39,576 nt of DNA from a virus (taxonomy: Duplodnaviria > Caudoviricetes): positions 1 through 39,576 of the IMG/VR virus record IMGVR_UViG_3300021961_000232. The stretch is one strand, 5' to 3'. Within the stretch, counting starts at the first letter, position 1; each line of letters starts with the position of its first letter. The notes beneath the pieces were generated by a model. It had not been told where the DNA came from and did not search any database. It saw nothing but the letters and a program-made list of their open reading frames with translations. Position numbers and translations under genes: made by a program. Positions 16,601 through 27,200 of this stretch are shown here, in pieces.

Positions 16601-19600
16601 AAGTAACTGATTACCGTCTTCATTAACGCTTTTAAACAGATCGTTAATTAACCGGTTTTCAATTTCAGTCGAACCACCACTTGTCTTAATTAGTTTTTCA
16701 ATCTGTTCAAGTTGCCTAGCGACGGAAGGAATTTCATCGACAGATTGATAACCGGCAAGTTCAATAACGCGCTTATAGGAAGGGTTGTTATCCCAGAAAT
16801 CATTGATGTCGGCCTTTGCAAGGGCCGCGCCGCCCTTGAGTTCTCCCTGCGCCCGATGCATAAGAGCGCCACCCTGATCAATACGGTAGACCCTCAAATC
16901 GTCAGTGACAATAATGTTGTCTAGACTCAGGCCGACCGTGTCCCAGTTTGCAAGCCACGCATCAGCAGCAATCCCCTTAAGAACCTGTCGGGCAACAGCC
17001 TGAGCCTCATCGGCCTTGGCCACCTCAAGAAACTTATTGAGCGTGACGCCCTCAACAATGTCATTAGCAATAACAGCCTTGCCGTCAGGAGTAGCGGACA
17101 AGCGACTAGGCGGAACAAGAATTCCTAGTCGCCGATACAACTCGTTGGCGAGCAACTCGCTAACAACTTGGGTCGGGTCGTCGTACTCCTTGACGTAACG
17201 CTCAACCCCGTCCGAACCGCGCCAAACTCCCGTTACGCCAGAGACGTTACTTCCTGTTGCTTCACCAATCTTTTCGCCAAAAACAACGTCGGGAGAAAGA
17301 GCAAGAGATTGGAACTCGTACTCCGGAATATCGGCAATCCCCTGCACACCACTTGGCTGATCGACGGTTCCCGCGCGTTGCTCAATCTCTGCCCACGCCG
17401 CCCGTGTCGCCTCAAGAATCTCCGCCCTGCGCTCCTCAGTAACAGGAGCAATACCATCAATCTTGTTGTTGGCGTAATCCTCAAGTTGGCGCAACGCCTC
17501 TTCAAGAAACGGAATTCTCTCTTCTGCCGCAACACCGCGATTAATGGCGGCTTGCATATTGCTAACAGCCTGTTGAGCAAAATCAATCTCCGTTGCCTTC
17601 TGAGCAAGGGCCTTATCAAGAATTGCTTCAACTTCTGCGCGAGCCTCATCCGGGACAAGAGGCATAAGCCGCGCAATCGTCAAATCCTGCAAGCGCGCCG
17701 TAGCCGCCAACCCTTCGGCGCGACGGCTAATCCCGGTCGGCGCACCAATGCCCAGTTGGCCGCGCAGGCGCTCAGTAACATCACCCGGAAGATCAGCAAT
17801 ACGAGGATCAACATTTACGCCAAGCCCTGTAATCGCCCGGACGTTTTCCAATTCGTCCGCAGACAAAAGATTCTCAAGGCTTGCGGTCGGCGCGGCGCGA
17901 CCACCGAGACGGCGCCCAATGCGCTCACCGAAAACCTCGTTGTAGGGCTTCTGCAAAATCTCGCGCGCACGGATAACGGCTTCTTCCGGAAGGTCGTCAA
18001 GCCTGCGCAAAACCTTAATCTGCGCTTCAAGGTTACTTGTTTCAAGTTTTGTCAACTTTGTAACCGGTTCACCCGGACCAGCCTTAGAACCGTACGGAGC
18101 AACGCGCTCCCAACCAGCGCCGGGCGACTCGTCACTAAAGCGAAACACATCGTTCCCATCGGCCTCAGGATCGTCTCCGCGCCGCAACCACAGGCGCCCC
18201 GCCAACACGTCCTCCAACTCGTCGGCGTAAGCGCCGGGCGAAAGATCAGCCACTTTGCCGCCCAAGCCCACCGGCATAGTGAACGAAGACGGCCCCTGCG
18301 TGTCCCACAAAACACGCATAGCAAGATCAGGACTCTCTTTGTAAATCTCAGTAAACCCGGCAACAATAGGCGCCGCCCGTTCGGAGCCCAGTTGCTCAAC
18401 AATGGCCGAACTAATTGCGCGGACAGCGCGCGCATCTGCCTTTTCTCCGCGCCGATAAATAGCGCGAGAAATAGGATTCCCACCCTCGTACAAACGCTTC
18501 CGCAACAACGACGCGGACTTTGAAAAGAACGAAGACGACGGCCGGAACACGCGGTCAGCGCCCACCTCAACGCCGGTAACATCGGCAATAGCGCGGAGCG
18601 CGGGATCGCGGACCTCAACACGCTCAACATCAGCAATGCGTCTCGCGCCGCGAGCAGCAGCGGCCGCGGCGCGAAGCGGGGCGCCCAATGCTGGAGCGGC
18701 AACAACGCCAGACGGCCCTTGGAATCCGGGCCTAAGCGGAGCGCCCAGCCTGTCACCATATGCCGCCGCGCTTGCACCACGGGCAATGGCGCCACCGACA
18801 CGCGGTGCGCCGGGGATACGGGCGGCGACAGCGCCAGCCTTGGACGCGGCTCCGCCAGTCTTGAGAGCAACGGTCGCGCCCTTACCATACAGACTTACAG
18901 TAGCCGCAGCGTCAAGGCTCGTCAGGACGGGCTCAGTCTTTAGTGCGCGGACAAGCGGCTTGTAATCCCCCAGTTGACCCCCGGTTGCCGCGTACAACGT
19001 GGCATTGTTGACGGCGAGAACAACAGATGCCGCTTGCCGCGCAAAAAATTCGGCCATGTTGCCAAGCCCGCGATAATCGCCACGCTTGTCCGCATCGGTC
19101 AATTGTTCCGACAGCACGCTCAACGCAGCAGGCATTGCGGCAATCTTCTTGAAATCGTTCTTGGCGGCTTCAAAAAGGCCCGCTAGCGAGTTGGTGTGCG
19201 TGCCGTACGCCGCATTGACCAACTCGTAATCCGACATTTGTTGCAATTGCTCTACGCTAAACGGAGACTCGTACCCCTCCCACGCCGGATTCTCGTACGC
19301 TCCCGTTGCCATGCGAATCCATCGCTCGCGCTGCTGCGGCGTAGCCGCGCTTTCGCGCTCCTGCCCACGCTGCGTGATGTCATTCGACATGTAAATGAAA
19401 TTGCGGTCAAGATCGTCGGCGGCCGCGATACGCATGTTGACTGGCTGGCCGGCAATTTTAGAAATTGCTTCGGCAGCAAAATCCTTAGTCGGTTCTACGG
19501 CGTGCCGATCAGCCCAACTCTTAACAATGGCGTACTGCGGAACAGAAGACTCAATTTCGTCATCAGCCTTCTTGACAGTATCCGCAAACGCGTCAACACC

Positions 19601-20092
19601 CTGCCCCGCAATCTTCGTTCCCTTATCAATCGCCGGCGCAACATACTTCTTAGCCGGCTCCCACCCCTTCGTCTTAACGATACCCGCAGCAGCACGCACA
19701 GCATCAGCCGCATAATCAAAAGCCTCATCAAACTCTTCGCCCTTACCGACACCACGCGCAGCAGTGCGCGCCGCAAGCGTCAATGGCGAAGAAGTCCCAA
19801 GCCCATACGTTTCCTTAACGTTGCCAAACACCTCAGAAAACGCGCGCCCAATAACCGGGATAACATCCCGCTCATAAAAATCGTCAAGGCCGATATCGTC
19901 AGCGAGATTCTCAAAGAAACCCGACGGCTTCTTCTCAACAGACTTCAAACGCTTGCGCGCAGCCTCTTCGCGCTGCTTGGCGAAACGCTTACGAACATCT
20001 TCGGGATTAGGACCAGCACCGGCTTTTCCGATAGTGCCGCCGGGTCCGCCAAGGAAAATGCCCGACTTATTTGCGGGGCGCTTCGGAGCCAC
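13682..20092 (-). CDS. Giant internal virion/ejection protein with inserted kinase-like and ADP-ribosyltransferase domains
   Basis: 2136 aa, last and largest gene after the tail genes. Kinase-like motifs YVK/E/NWD/N/IDQG at ~16510-17290. ART motifs YRG, FVSTS and ERExxLPRG at ~15920-16480. Confidence 0.82.
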   Translation of the reverse strand: MAPKRPANKSGIFLGGPGGTIGKAGAGPNPEDVRKRFAKQREEAARKRLKSVEKKPSGFFENLADDIGLDDFYERDVIPVIGRAFSEVFGNVKETYGLGTSSPLTLAARTAARGVGKGEEFDEAFDYAADAVRAAAGIVKTKGWEPAKKYVAPAIDKGTKIAGQGVDAFADTVKKADDEIESSVPQYAIVKSWADRHAVEPTKDFAAEAISKIAGQPVNMRIAAADDLDRNFIYMSNDITQRGQERESAATPQQRERWIRMATGAYENPAWEGYESPFSVEQLQQMSDYELVNAAYGTHTNSLAGLFEAAKNDFKKIAAMPAALSVLSEQLTDADKRGDYRGLGNMAEFFARQAASVVLAVNNATLYAATGGQLGDYKPLVRALKTEPVLTSLDAAATVSLYGKGATVALKTGGAASKAGAVAARIPGAPRVGGAIARGASAAAYGDRLGAPLRPGFQGPSGVVAAPALGAPLRAAAAAARGARRIADVERVEVRDPALRAIADVTGVEVGADRVFRPSSSFFSKSASLLRKRLYEGGNPISRAIYRRGEKADARAVRAISSAIVEQLGSERAAPIVAGFTEIYKESPDLAMRVLWDTQGPSSFTMPVGLGGKVADLSPGAYADELEDVLAGRLWLRRGDDPEADGNDVFRFSDESPGAGWERVAPYGSKAGPGEPVTKLTKLETSNLEAQIKVLRRLDDLPEEAVIRAREILQKPYNEVFGERIGRRLGGRAAPTASLENLLSADELENVRAITGLGVNVDPRIADLPGDVTERLRGQLGIGAPTGISRRAEGLAATARLQDLTIARLMPLVPDEARAEVEAILDKALAQKATEIDFAQQAVSNMQAAINRGVAAEERIPFLEEALRQLEDYANNKIDGIAPVTEERRAEILEATRAAWAEIEQRAGTVDQPSGVQGIADIPEYEFQSLALSPDVVFGEKIGEATGSNVSGVTGVWRGSDGVERYVKEYDDPTQVVSELLANELYRRLGILVPPSRLSATPDGKAVIANDIVEGVTLNKFLEVAKADEAQAVARQVLKGIAADAWLANWDTVGLSLDNIIVTDDLRVYRIDQGGALMHRAQGELKGGAALAKADINDFWDNNPSYKRVIELAGYQSVDEIPSVARQLEQIEKLIKTSGGSTEIENRLINDLFKSVNEDGNQLLVNALNNGVDFINESNVGKVLGRRFNSLREKIKPTPVSSDPVAALVQRGPKAVREYQGAGHRPINEFLRGLGGETYGNLNTYDGLFPAADDVVDQIMEYVAVMDQLFDELPATTEDLVVYRGMRDLPRKFIDQFLDEDFVYIDDGFVSTSFRGDKAEGFTGDPNSSMMLEILVPEGSKAFYGDGVYAGNYAGEREFILPRGTGFKVVDSIERNDGTLVVKVIALTPDNPLVSERFPEFGKMLDEIRADRREDLELELEGARRDVEFAGEAREKLPTQERDVEEAQADYEKILAARKNVDFVLESLMRDALEASDTPTGAIAFMPTLGGTKGAKKTVFPKAALVDRGRPRDLKDIYTGQFAMLGSLEDLEQFSGALARNMRIPFVAYEIVTRLTDYLMRTGTTVRFSDDAATFEKQIEELSEAGLINGNGELGADYVILPVNNKTGFFDDKSFETVKTKELREVGTGGRSDVGVDDAQLSVLIQKTLAQNALDNLQSIPKGSTVVILSKGRLDALQKELAAAAQAPGRLRQLTRLWVRVTLTTLPRTPIANVVGSAFLSMLGNGLGGYPAALRLLKFSNAPPELLNKGLAGMFDEGGDLVVASQKKRFRLAQRYMNYMYYYNVMGEDLARLSVFAQQVKKSIKKSGLAKQIDDELLEAAELNDKFQALLEAVARGEFASGKPLTPELIRIRDEALQKADDFLGGARGLTSQQRMITTFIPFWQWYKHIFKLYFYTLPFKYPGRSLTMNAMARYGAEESARQGYYDSFYEDGIKIGEEVRGPNIYSKALSTNIFPFTFAGLLEAEEGAPGASFLASNVAPVITTPLRIAGFGVPGQPLITAEGRRPRGEFISGEMGEVALSEVERLFAPAGLLQRYFTPRGSLLLGAGRLATGREIPQTEPRGEGAAYAVTPRGFAGLGLQALPELAARAFGGTIERVPVQGPVARQRLREREKQEKQRVLEKYREERRRQRENR

Positions 20093-20094
20093 GC

Positions 20095-21255
20095 CTAGCC
20101 CCTAGCGGCAGCCTGTACCGCCTTCGCATTGGCGCCGCCCCACACAGTGCGAAGAATCGCAGCGACAGCGTCTCGGCGCGAATAGCCCTGCGCCATCACA
20201 GCGTCAATCAACTGTTTCGCAACCTCACCAGCCGGAGCCCTTCCCTCACCACGCGCAAGCGCACCAGTGCCGACGCTAGTGATATCAGCCGCGTTCGCGC
20301 CAATAGCCCTAGCAACATAATTCCGCCAGAACGATTGACGCTGCTGCACCGTCTTACCCTTGGGATCAAACTGCACACCAGAAATATCCATCGACTCGCG
20401 CTCGCTAGTCTCAGGATCAATATACGAAATAGTGCCCTGCCAACCGCCAGCGCCCTTGCGAACAGAAGCCTCCTTCGCAATGTCATCAATCGTAGAGATG
20501 AGATCGTTGATATTGCCCGTATCCGCATTCGCCAACCGCTGCTCACGCTGCGCCGCCAACTGATAATTACGCTCCCAATTAGACTGGCGTTGCGCCTCCT
20601 TACGCTCGGCAGCATTCAACTGCGCCAAATCAATGTTATACGCCTGAGCAGCCGCAGCGCGCTCAATACGAGCAGCCTGCTTCTCCTTCTCCTCACCACG
20701 CAAAGACTCCCTAAACGCAGCAACGTTCTTCCGATAATCCTCAGCCCGCTGCTTCTCCGCCTCAGACCGGCGACCAGCCACATCACGCTGCAAACGAACC
20801 GTCTCACCAGCAGCAAACAACGGAACACCAGCCTGAGCCTGAGTCGTACCCGTCACAGCCCCAGTCGTCAGCGCCGACCCGGCACCACCAGCAGCACCCT
20901 GAATCGCCTGCTGCGCAGCAAGATTACGCGCTGCCTGACGAGCAAGCATCTGCTCAAACGACTCGCCAATCGCGCGCGCCCCAGTCTCCTCAACCTCGTA
21001 CCGCTTCGCAATAGACTCGGGCGTTTCGACAGACTCGCCTGCTCGGATGCGGGCCTCACGGGCAATTTGCCTATCAGTCAGGTACGGACGATCATAGGGG
21101 CCGACGACAGTAGGGCGCGGGGCAGAACCAGAAGACGCGCCACCGCCGCCGCCAACCTTCCTCGTCGAAACCCACTTCTTCCCATTCCAAACTTGGCGCC
21201 ACCCACCACTAACTCGCGTATCGCCCTTCTCCCACTTTTTATCGCCAGCAGCCAT
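20095..21255 (-). CDS. Putative internal virion (ejection) protein
   Basis: Ala/Gln/Arg-rich coiled coil; position between tail genes and the giant protein. Confidence 0.62.
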   Translation of the reverse strand: MAAGDKKWEKGDTRVSGGWRQVWNGKKWVSTRKVGGGGGASSGSAPRPTVVGPYDRPYLTDRQIAREARIRAGESVETPESIAKRYEVEETGARAIGESFEQMLARQAARNLAAQQAIQGAAGGAGSALTTGAVTGTTQAQAGVPLFAAGETVRLQRDVAGRRSEAEKQRAEDYRKNVAAFRESLRGEEKEKQAARIERAAAAQAYNIDLAQLNAAERKEAQRQSNWERNYQLAAQREQRLANADTGNINDLISTIDDIAKEASVRKGAGGWQGTISYIDPETSERESMDISGVQFDPKGKTVQQRQSFWRNYVARAIGANAADITSVGTGALARGEGRAPAGEVAKQLIDAVMAQGYSRRDAVAAILRTVWGGANAKAVQAAARG

Positions 21256-21261
21256 AACTAC

Positions 21262-22443
21262 CTACTTAAGATTCTTGATCATTGTATTAATTGTAGACGC
21301 TTGCAACGGCGTGAGATTCATCTTCAACAACGCCTTCAACGCCGTCGTCTTCTGCGCCTTCGTCCCCTTCCCCCTTAGAATCTTATTTGTCGTAGAACGG
21401 AACGTCCCCTTCGGCCCCGGCGTAAGAGTATCCTTCTTGGCCCCGCCCTGACCGCCACCAGCAGCAGACCCCGCCGCGCCGCCACCACTAGCAGCAGGCG
21501 GCGCAGCACCCGGCTTCCTACGCACAACCGTACCCGGCTTCTCCCCAGCCTCCTTCATCGCACCAAAAAAAGCCTCACCACGACCACCCTGAATCTCAGA
21601 CACACCCGCCTGCAACTGACGCAACAACTCATTAAACCCAGTCTCGCCAGCCGTAGCCCGCTCCGCGGCCTGAGCACCCGCAACCCCAGACCCACTAGAA
21701 ATACCAGAAGCGGCACGCCCCTCCGCAGCCTCAGCACCACTACGCCGCGCAGAAAGAATCAAATCGCCAAGCGCCGTACCAGCAATCGACTTCTTCCCCT
21801 CCTCCGACAACACATCAGAACCAAGAACCGAACCATAACTCTCAGCACTAATCGGCCGACCCATCGCATCACGAATCACAAACTTCGACGTATCAGCCCC
21901 AGCGCCCGGAGTTCCAAACACATCAGCAAACGACGCGTACCCAGTGCCGCCCTGCCCGCCATACCCAAGGCCAAGGCTGCTCATAAGATTCGTGAACTGG
22001 CCGGAAAACTGCGGATCCAAATACCCGACTTGCGTCTGGGCCTCCTTCTCTACAGCAGCCTTAGTGGCCTCCTCGTCAATCTCCCCCTCGGAATCCGACG
22101 CGGCGGTTCCGCCAGTAGAGCCTTGGCCCGCTTGCGGCTGCTGATTCTGCTGCCCGCCCTGCTGCTGCCCGCCACCAACATTAATAGTCTTACGCTCGGC
22201 AACCCACCGCCCATTCTTCCACACCCACTTCCTACCCGGACCCGGGGAATCCTTGGGCTTAGGCGGCCGCTGGCCGCCCTGCTGCTGACCAGTCTTTCGA
22301 CTAGCAGCACCAGCAGGCTGGGCCGTAGTCGGCCTAGAAGCAGCGGGCTTAGGAGCAGCGGGCTTAGGAACGACGGGCTTAGGAGCCGGTCGCGTAACGG
22401 GCCTAGAAGCAGTGACCCTATAAGCGGGGGCAGTGCGAGCCAC
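21262..22443 (-). CDS. Putative internal virion (ejection) protein
   Basis: Gly/Ala-rich with an N-terminal PKP-rich tract; same synteny argument. Confidence 0.6.
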   Translation of the reverse strand: MARTAPAYRVTASRPVTRPAPKPVVPKPAAPKPAASRPTTAQPAGAASRKTGQQQGGQRPPKPKDSPGPGRKWVWKNGRWVAERKTINVGGGQQQGGQQNQQPQAGQGSTGGTAASDSEGEIDEEATKAAVEKEAQTQVGYLDPQFSGQFTNLMSSLGLGYGGQGGTGYASFADVFGTPGAGADTSKFVIRDAMGRPISAESYGSVLGSDVLSEEGKKSIAGTALGDLILSARRSGAEAAEGRAASGISSGSGVAGAQAAERATAGETGFNELLRQLQAGVSEIQGGRGEAFFGAMKEAGEKPGTVVRRKPGAAPPAASGGGAAGSAAGGGQGGAKKDTLTPGPKGTFRSTTNKILRGKGTKAQKTTALKALLKMNLTPLQASTINTMIKNLK

Positions 22444-22446
22444 TAC

Positions 22447-23031
22447 TCAGGAACCAGCCCGGCCCGGCTTCGGCTTCTGATTCTTCTTGTAATTCTTGTA
22501 CATCTGATAAGCCGCATTCTTACGACCACCAGCCTTACGCATAAAGTAATTCAAACTACCCGGCGCGGCGGGAGCCTTCTTTTCACCACCCGGACCCTGA
22601 GCAACTTGATCAGCAAGACGCTTCGCAGCATCACCAGACTCGCGGGCCCCCTTCGACTTATCCTCACCACCCCGACGAGTAACCTGACGCGAACCACCCA
22701 TCACATTCCCGCCAACCTTGGCCGAAGCCTCCTTATCCTGCTGCACCGAACTCTTCGGCACAGAAACCCGACCACGATCCTCATTAGCCTTAGGAACCCG
22801 CACATAACGCTTCTTATCACCAGAACCAACCCACTGATCCTTCGGCGTACCAGAACCCGTCGGCCCAGTCTTACCAGCCTCTACGCGAAGCGCGCCCTTA
22901 CCACGCGAAGCCGACCCAGCAGCCTTCTCCGCGGCAGACTTGCGCCTCACATTGCCACTGCCACCAACGCCACCAAGGAACGTCCCGCCCTTGTACGGCT
23001 TCTTTTGAATTCGCGCGGGAATACCGGCCAT
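22447..23031 (-). CDS. Basic Gly/Lys-rich low-complexity protein
   Basis: 194-aa ORF tightly packed in the late operon. Confidence 0.6.
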   Translation of the reverse strand: MAGIPARIQKKPYKGGTFLGGVGGSGNVRRKSAAEKAAGSASRGKGALRVEAGKTGPTGSGTPKDQWVGSGDKKRYVRVPKANEDRGRVSVPKSSVQQDKEASAKVGGNVMGGSRQVTRRGGEDKSKGARESGDAAKRLADQVAQGPGGEKKAPAAPGSLNYFMRKAGGRKNAAYQMYKNYKKNQKPKPGRAGS

Positions 23032-23041
23032 CGTTTACTCC

Positions 23042-23230
23042 TTAGACAATTCCGCTGGCCTTAAACTTAGCCAACTTCAACAACATCTGCTGATTCGCAT
23101 TCGACTCATCAACAAACTTCTTACCACGATTCATACTCCGCGGCTTCGTCTGACGCTGCTGCCCCGGCTCCATCGCAATGCGCGGCATCGCAGGCTGAAA
23201 ATTAGTCCGTTGGGCCGCAAACATATTCAT
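23042..23230 (-). CDS. Hypothetical protein
   Basis: 62-aa ORF filling the operon gap. Confidence 0.55.
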   Translation of the reverse strand: MNMFAAQRTNFQPAMPRIAMEPGQQRQTKPRSMNRGKKFVDESNANQQMLLKLAKFKASGIV

Positions 23231-23232
23231 GG

Positions 23233-23583
23233 TTAGAGATTACCAGAAGCCGCGTCAGGCTTAGGAAAAGATTCTTTTACCTCACGAATCTTAGCGGCCA
23301 TATCTTCTGGAAACACTCCAGCGTGATACAGCGCATCCAACTGATCACCAATCTCCGGATACGCCCGCGCCCGATCACGCCGAAAATAATGAGTCGGCTC
23401 TTCAATAGTCTTAATCCTGTCGATCTCGGCCTTGATTTCATCCGCGCTAAACCGCTCGTCTTCCGGCGTATCCATCCAATCAATGCCTTCAATATCGCCC
23501 GAATCACAAGTAACCATCGGCGGCTTGTTGTGCTGCGCGAAATACAAATTACCAACAGCCCAAAGAACATAGTTAGTTTTCAT
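23233..23583 (-). CDS. Tail-fibre-associated/chaperone-like protein
   Basis: R.RAYP.IGDQLDALYH...IREVKE.FPKP motif, typical of genes following fibre genes. Confidence 0.7.
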   Translation of the reverse strand: MKTNYVLWAVGNLYFAQHNKPPMVTCDSGDIEGIDWMDTPEDERFSADEIKAEIDRIKTIEEPTHYFRRDRARAYPEIGDQLDALYHAGVFPEDMAAKIREVKESFPKPDAASGNL

Positions 23584-24269
23584 CAGTACGGAAACCCCAC
23601 AACCGAAACATTGGCCTTATCGTTGGTGTCCGTGTACTGCCCGCTAGGCGTATACAACCTAAAAGTGTACGAACCAGCATTAAGGTTCATTTGCTGCCAA
23701 CCGGTCGGATAGGTGCGGTGATCCCAAGTGTTGTTGTGATAATACCTAGTCCACTCAAACCAGCCCGTGACTCCATCTACCGCGCCGTATTGAGCATATG
23801 AGCCACCACTAGCCGCATAGGCCGAAACTGAAATAAGGAATATCACCCTGCTTCTAGTTGGGACGGTAAAGCCGGCCGTCGTTTGCTGATACTGTCCACT
23901 GGGCCAGTTATTAAACATAAAATAACTTCCCCAAGCCTTGCCGCTTGTCGCCAAATCCGAAACAGTAATAGTCCCGTCAACAATATTGGCGGACGAAACA
24001 GAATTTGCCGCAAGGGTCGGGTTTGGATATGTCCCGCTCAACGACCCACCGGCGGCAAGACCACTGATGCTTGCAACATTCGGGTTCGGGTACGTCCCAG
24101 AAAGCATCCCGCCAGCAGCGCCCGTGGGAGGCGACGGAATTGACCCACCAGCCTTCGCAATAGCGTCAGCCAACTCCTTACCATTGTTGTACAACGCAGC
24201 ACTGGCGAGCGGACCGGCGGTAGCAAGGTTCTTACGAATAAACTCGTTATCGGAAGCCTGCGGAATCAC
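23583..24269 (-). CDS. Short tail fibre-like protein
   Basis: Two AGG.LSGTYPNP repeats, an IVDGTIT..DL repeat and a beta-rich C-terminal domain. Confidence 0.7.
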   Translation of the reverse strand: MIPQASDNEFIRKNLATAGPLASAALYNNGKELADAIAKAGGSIPSPPTGAAGGMLSGTYPNPNVASISGLAAGGSLSGTYPNPTLAANSVSSANIVDGTITVSDLATSGKAWGSYFMFNNWPSGQYQQTTAGFTVPTRSRVIFLISVSAYAASGGSYAQYGAVDGVTGWFEWTRYYHNNTWDHRTYPTGWQQMNLNAGSYTFRLYTPSGQYTDTNDKANVSVVGFPY

Positions 24270-27200
24270 TGAATCGTCCTGCCGCGCCTAAGACTAACAG
24301 CATTCAACGCAATATCGTAAAGAACAAATCTACCGAGCGTGGAACCTTTGTCACCGGCGGTAAAATCTGTCTTAAATCCCAAAGCAAGCCCATTATCAAT
24401 CGGGCGAGGAACAAGACTTACCCGACGAGATTCGCTGTCCTTAATAGAAGCAGTCGACGGATACGATCCAAACTGTTGAGCGATTGAAAAATCAAATTGA
24501 GGATCTAGTCCTTCCGCTGCGTAGATAGAAAATGGAGCATCAACATTAACCGTGCTATCTGCCGAGTATGTGAATGTCGCCGTCTTGTAGGCTTTTAGAG
24601 TTGCGGCGTCACCCAACGCAAACGATTTTGTTTCGACAGTCGCATTAAACGGGTAGTCGGTGCCAGCGTCATACAACTGGTCAAAGCCAAGGGCTGTGGT
24701 TTCAATTTCCTCATCAACAATTAGCATTGAGTCAAGAAGGACAATCGCGTCACCAGCGGGGTCGCCAACGCGATCACCGACAAGAGGGGCGTAAACCTCG
24801 TTAGACCCACTACCGTCCTGAACGCCAACACCATAACTAATCGGATCATTGTTAAAGTTGTAAACATAAAAATTAGTAGTAGATGTCGTTGTCCGCATGG
24901 AGAAAACGAAAGAGCGATTGTCGCCAGTCAGCGCAACGCCACCGTCATAAGAAGTGGACAGCGGGACAGCGTTTGTTGCAAATACAAACGCATCATTAAC
25001 GCGCGAGTAAATTCGCGCTTCTCGCTTTGACCCGCCAGAATCCAAATCGTTAACAATCAGTTTTTCTGACGTTACAGAAATATTGTTAACACCATTAAAC
25101 GGGCTGATGTCTGTAGTCACGGAAGGCCACGCTCCGTCAGTCCTAATTGCGTAACTGACAGTAGACGATCCGCCAACGCAGACTACGTTCCCGTCGCTAG
25201 AAATTTCGCAATATGTAGCGCCGGGAACAAGATAGTTTTGTTCAAAAACGTACCCCAGTCCATTCCACGAAAAAATACTTAGCATCCCGCTTGAAGCAAT
25301 AATTGCCGTAGAGCCATCCCCGGAAAGCGCTACCGCTTGCCCAAAACTAGACGAAGAGCCAACAGCACTACCATCAATTGTTGAGTGGTATGACCATGCC
25401 GAAGAATTGCGTCGAAAGACATAACACTTGTCGATTCCGGGCGCGCCAACAACGACGCAGTCAGACGATGTCTTTGCAAATCCGCAAGCCTCCCCCCACA
25501 AGGCAGTTGTCGGGTTGGCGTCCGGGTCGAGGACATTAGCCTCGGAAGTCCAAGAAGTGCCAGTCCTTACAAAAGTCGAAAGATAGGGGCGCGCCGACGG
25601 GTCAACATTTCTGGCAGGATTACTCGTTGCAACAATTCGCTCCCCAATGTAATCCATGTCAAAGTCTTGAAATCCGGGGTTGCTGTTAAGGCCGCTGAGT
25701 GCTGGTCCAATTGAGCGTTCAAAGACGTACGAAGGCGCAGAACGAGATCCATCGTTTCTAAAAACACGAATTGAATTAATTGTCTGTACGCCGGCGTTAT
25801 TGTAAAAATGGTTAATTATGACCCGGTCGCCATTGTGCGAAGCAATAGGAAGCGAGCCGTCTGGCATCGGAGCCGTAGGATCAACATACGACAGCGGATT
25901 ATTCTGCGTCGTATTGACAAGCGTTATAGACGTGTTGGGATTTACCGTCGTCTCGCCAACAACAATTTCCGTCCAAGAAAAATCGTTGTACAGATCACAA
26001 AGAAAGTGCGGGCCGCGCTCAGTAAATATTGCGTAATGCGTTCCCCCAATGACAGCAGAACCACAAACAGAATTCCCATCAACATTCTTAGACTTATTGT
26101 AAACAGTCCACTTTTGCTGAATTTTGTCGGCCATAACGTTTTTAAACGATGCGCCGTCGGTAACGTAAACACCATCACGAAACGCAAACATAACACCAGC
26201 AGGAGTTTTCTGAACGCTATCCGCATCAAGGCAACCAACGTCAGTGGATATAGTGCGAATATTGAAAGAACTTCCATTAATGCCACCCGCTGGCACGATA
26301 GTTCCAAGCACACCACTGATTAGCAGCGTTTTCTCCGCACAAAGCACAAGGAGGTTATTCGCATCTAGGCTTACAACCGCCACAATTTCAGCAGTATCAA
26401 TAGTGATCTGTTGCGATTGCGGCCATCCGGCATACAAAAGCGGAAGAAGCCCGTCCGCATTCGTATTAGCGGCAGTAGCCGGCTCCCCAGTAATCGAACT
26501 CCACACAAGGACATTCTTCTGCGTTGGAAGCGGGTTGCTAAAAATAGATCCACTATATGTTGACGTGGCTGACGCGAGAAGAACCATGCGATTTTGGTGG
26601 ACACACCCGAACGTCGCACCAGAAGGGAAAGCACTACCGCCAGACTCAACGAGTTTCCCGTCAATAGACCAGTACGGAGACACCCGCACAACGCCACCCG
26701 ATGCAACGGTAAACCCAACCTTCGGCGGCGGGTAAACGGTATACGAGTTAAGAGCGTCTACTCCGGTGATAATCCCAACGTATTCTTTTGTCGGAACGCT
26801 ATTGTTGTCCTGAACAAAAATAAACGACCCGATTGCATTAACTGTTTCGGAAGGAGAGTTAATGTTAATGCTTGATGCACTTACATCTACGGCAATTGTT
26901 GCATTGGTGTTAGAAAAAGAATTATACGAAGAGACATCTACACTATTTGCAAAAGCAGCGAACGGGTCGGTGCCGCTGCCCGTAAGCGGGAAAACGGTCA
27001 GACCGAAAGAAGAAAAAGACGGCCCCCACGCCGGGTCGCCTCCAACGCTAATCGTTTTAGCAACAGAAGAGAAAGAGTAATCAGGGGAAAGAGTCCCAGC
27101 GCGATTGTTAGTCGGAGGGCTTGGCAAAGTAAACGAGTTCCACCCGGTTTTTGTGACCGCAAACCCAGACGAAGGAATAGCGCCACCGACAACAGCCTTG

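Noticed and set aside
23578-23590. CTGATGA on the minus strand here and at ~27403-27410
   Set aside because: Both are TGATG stop/start overlaps between genes, without hammerhead stems.
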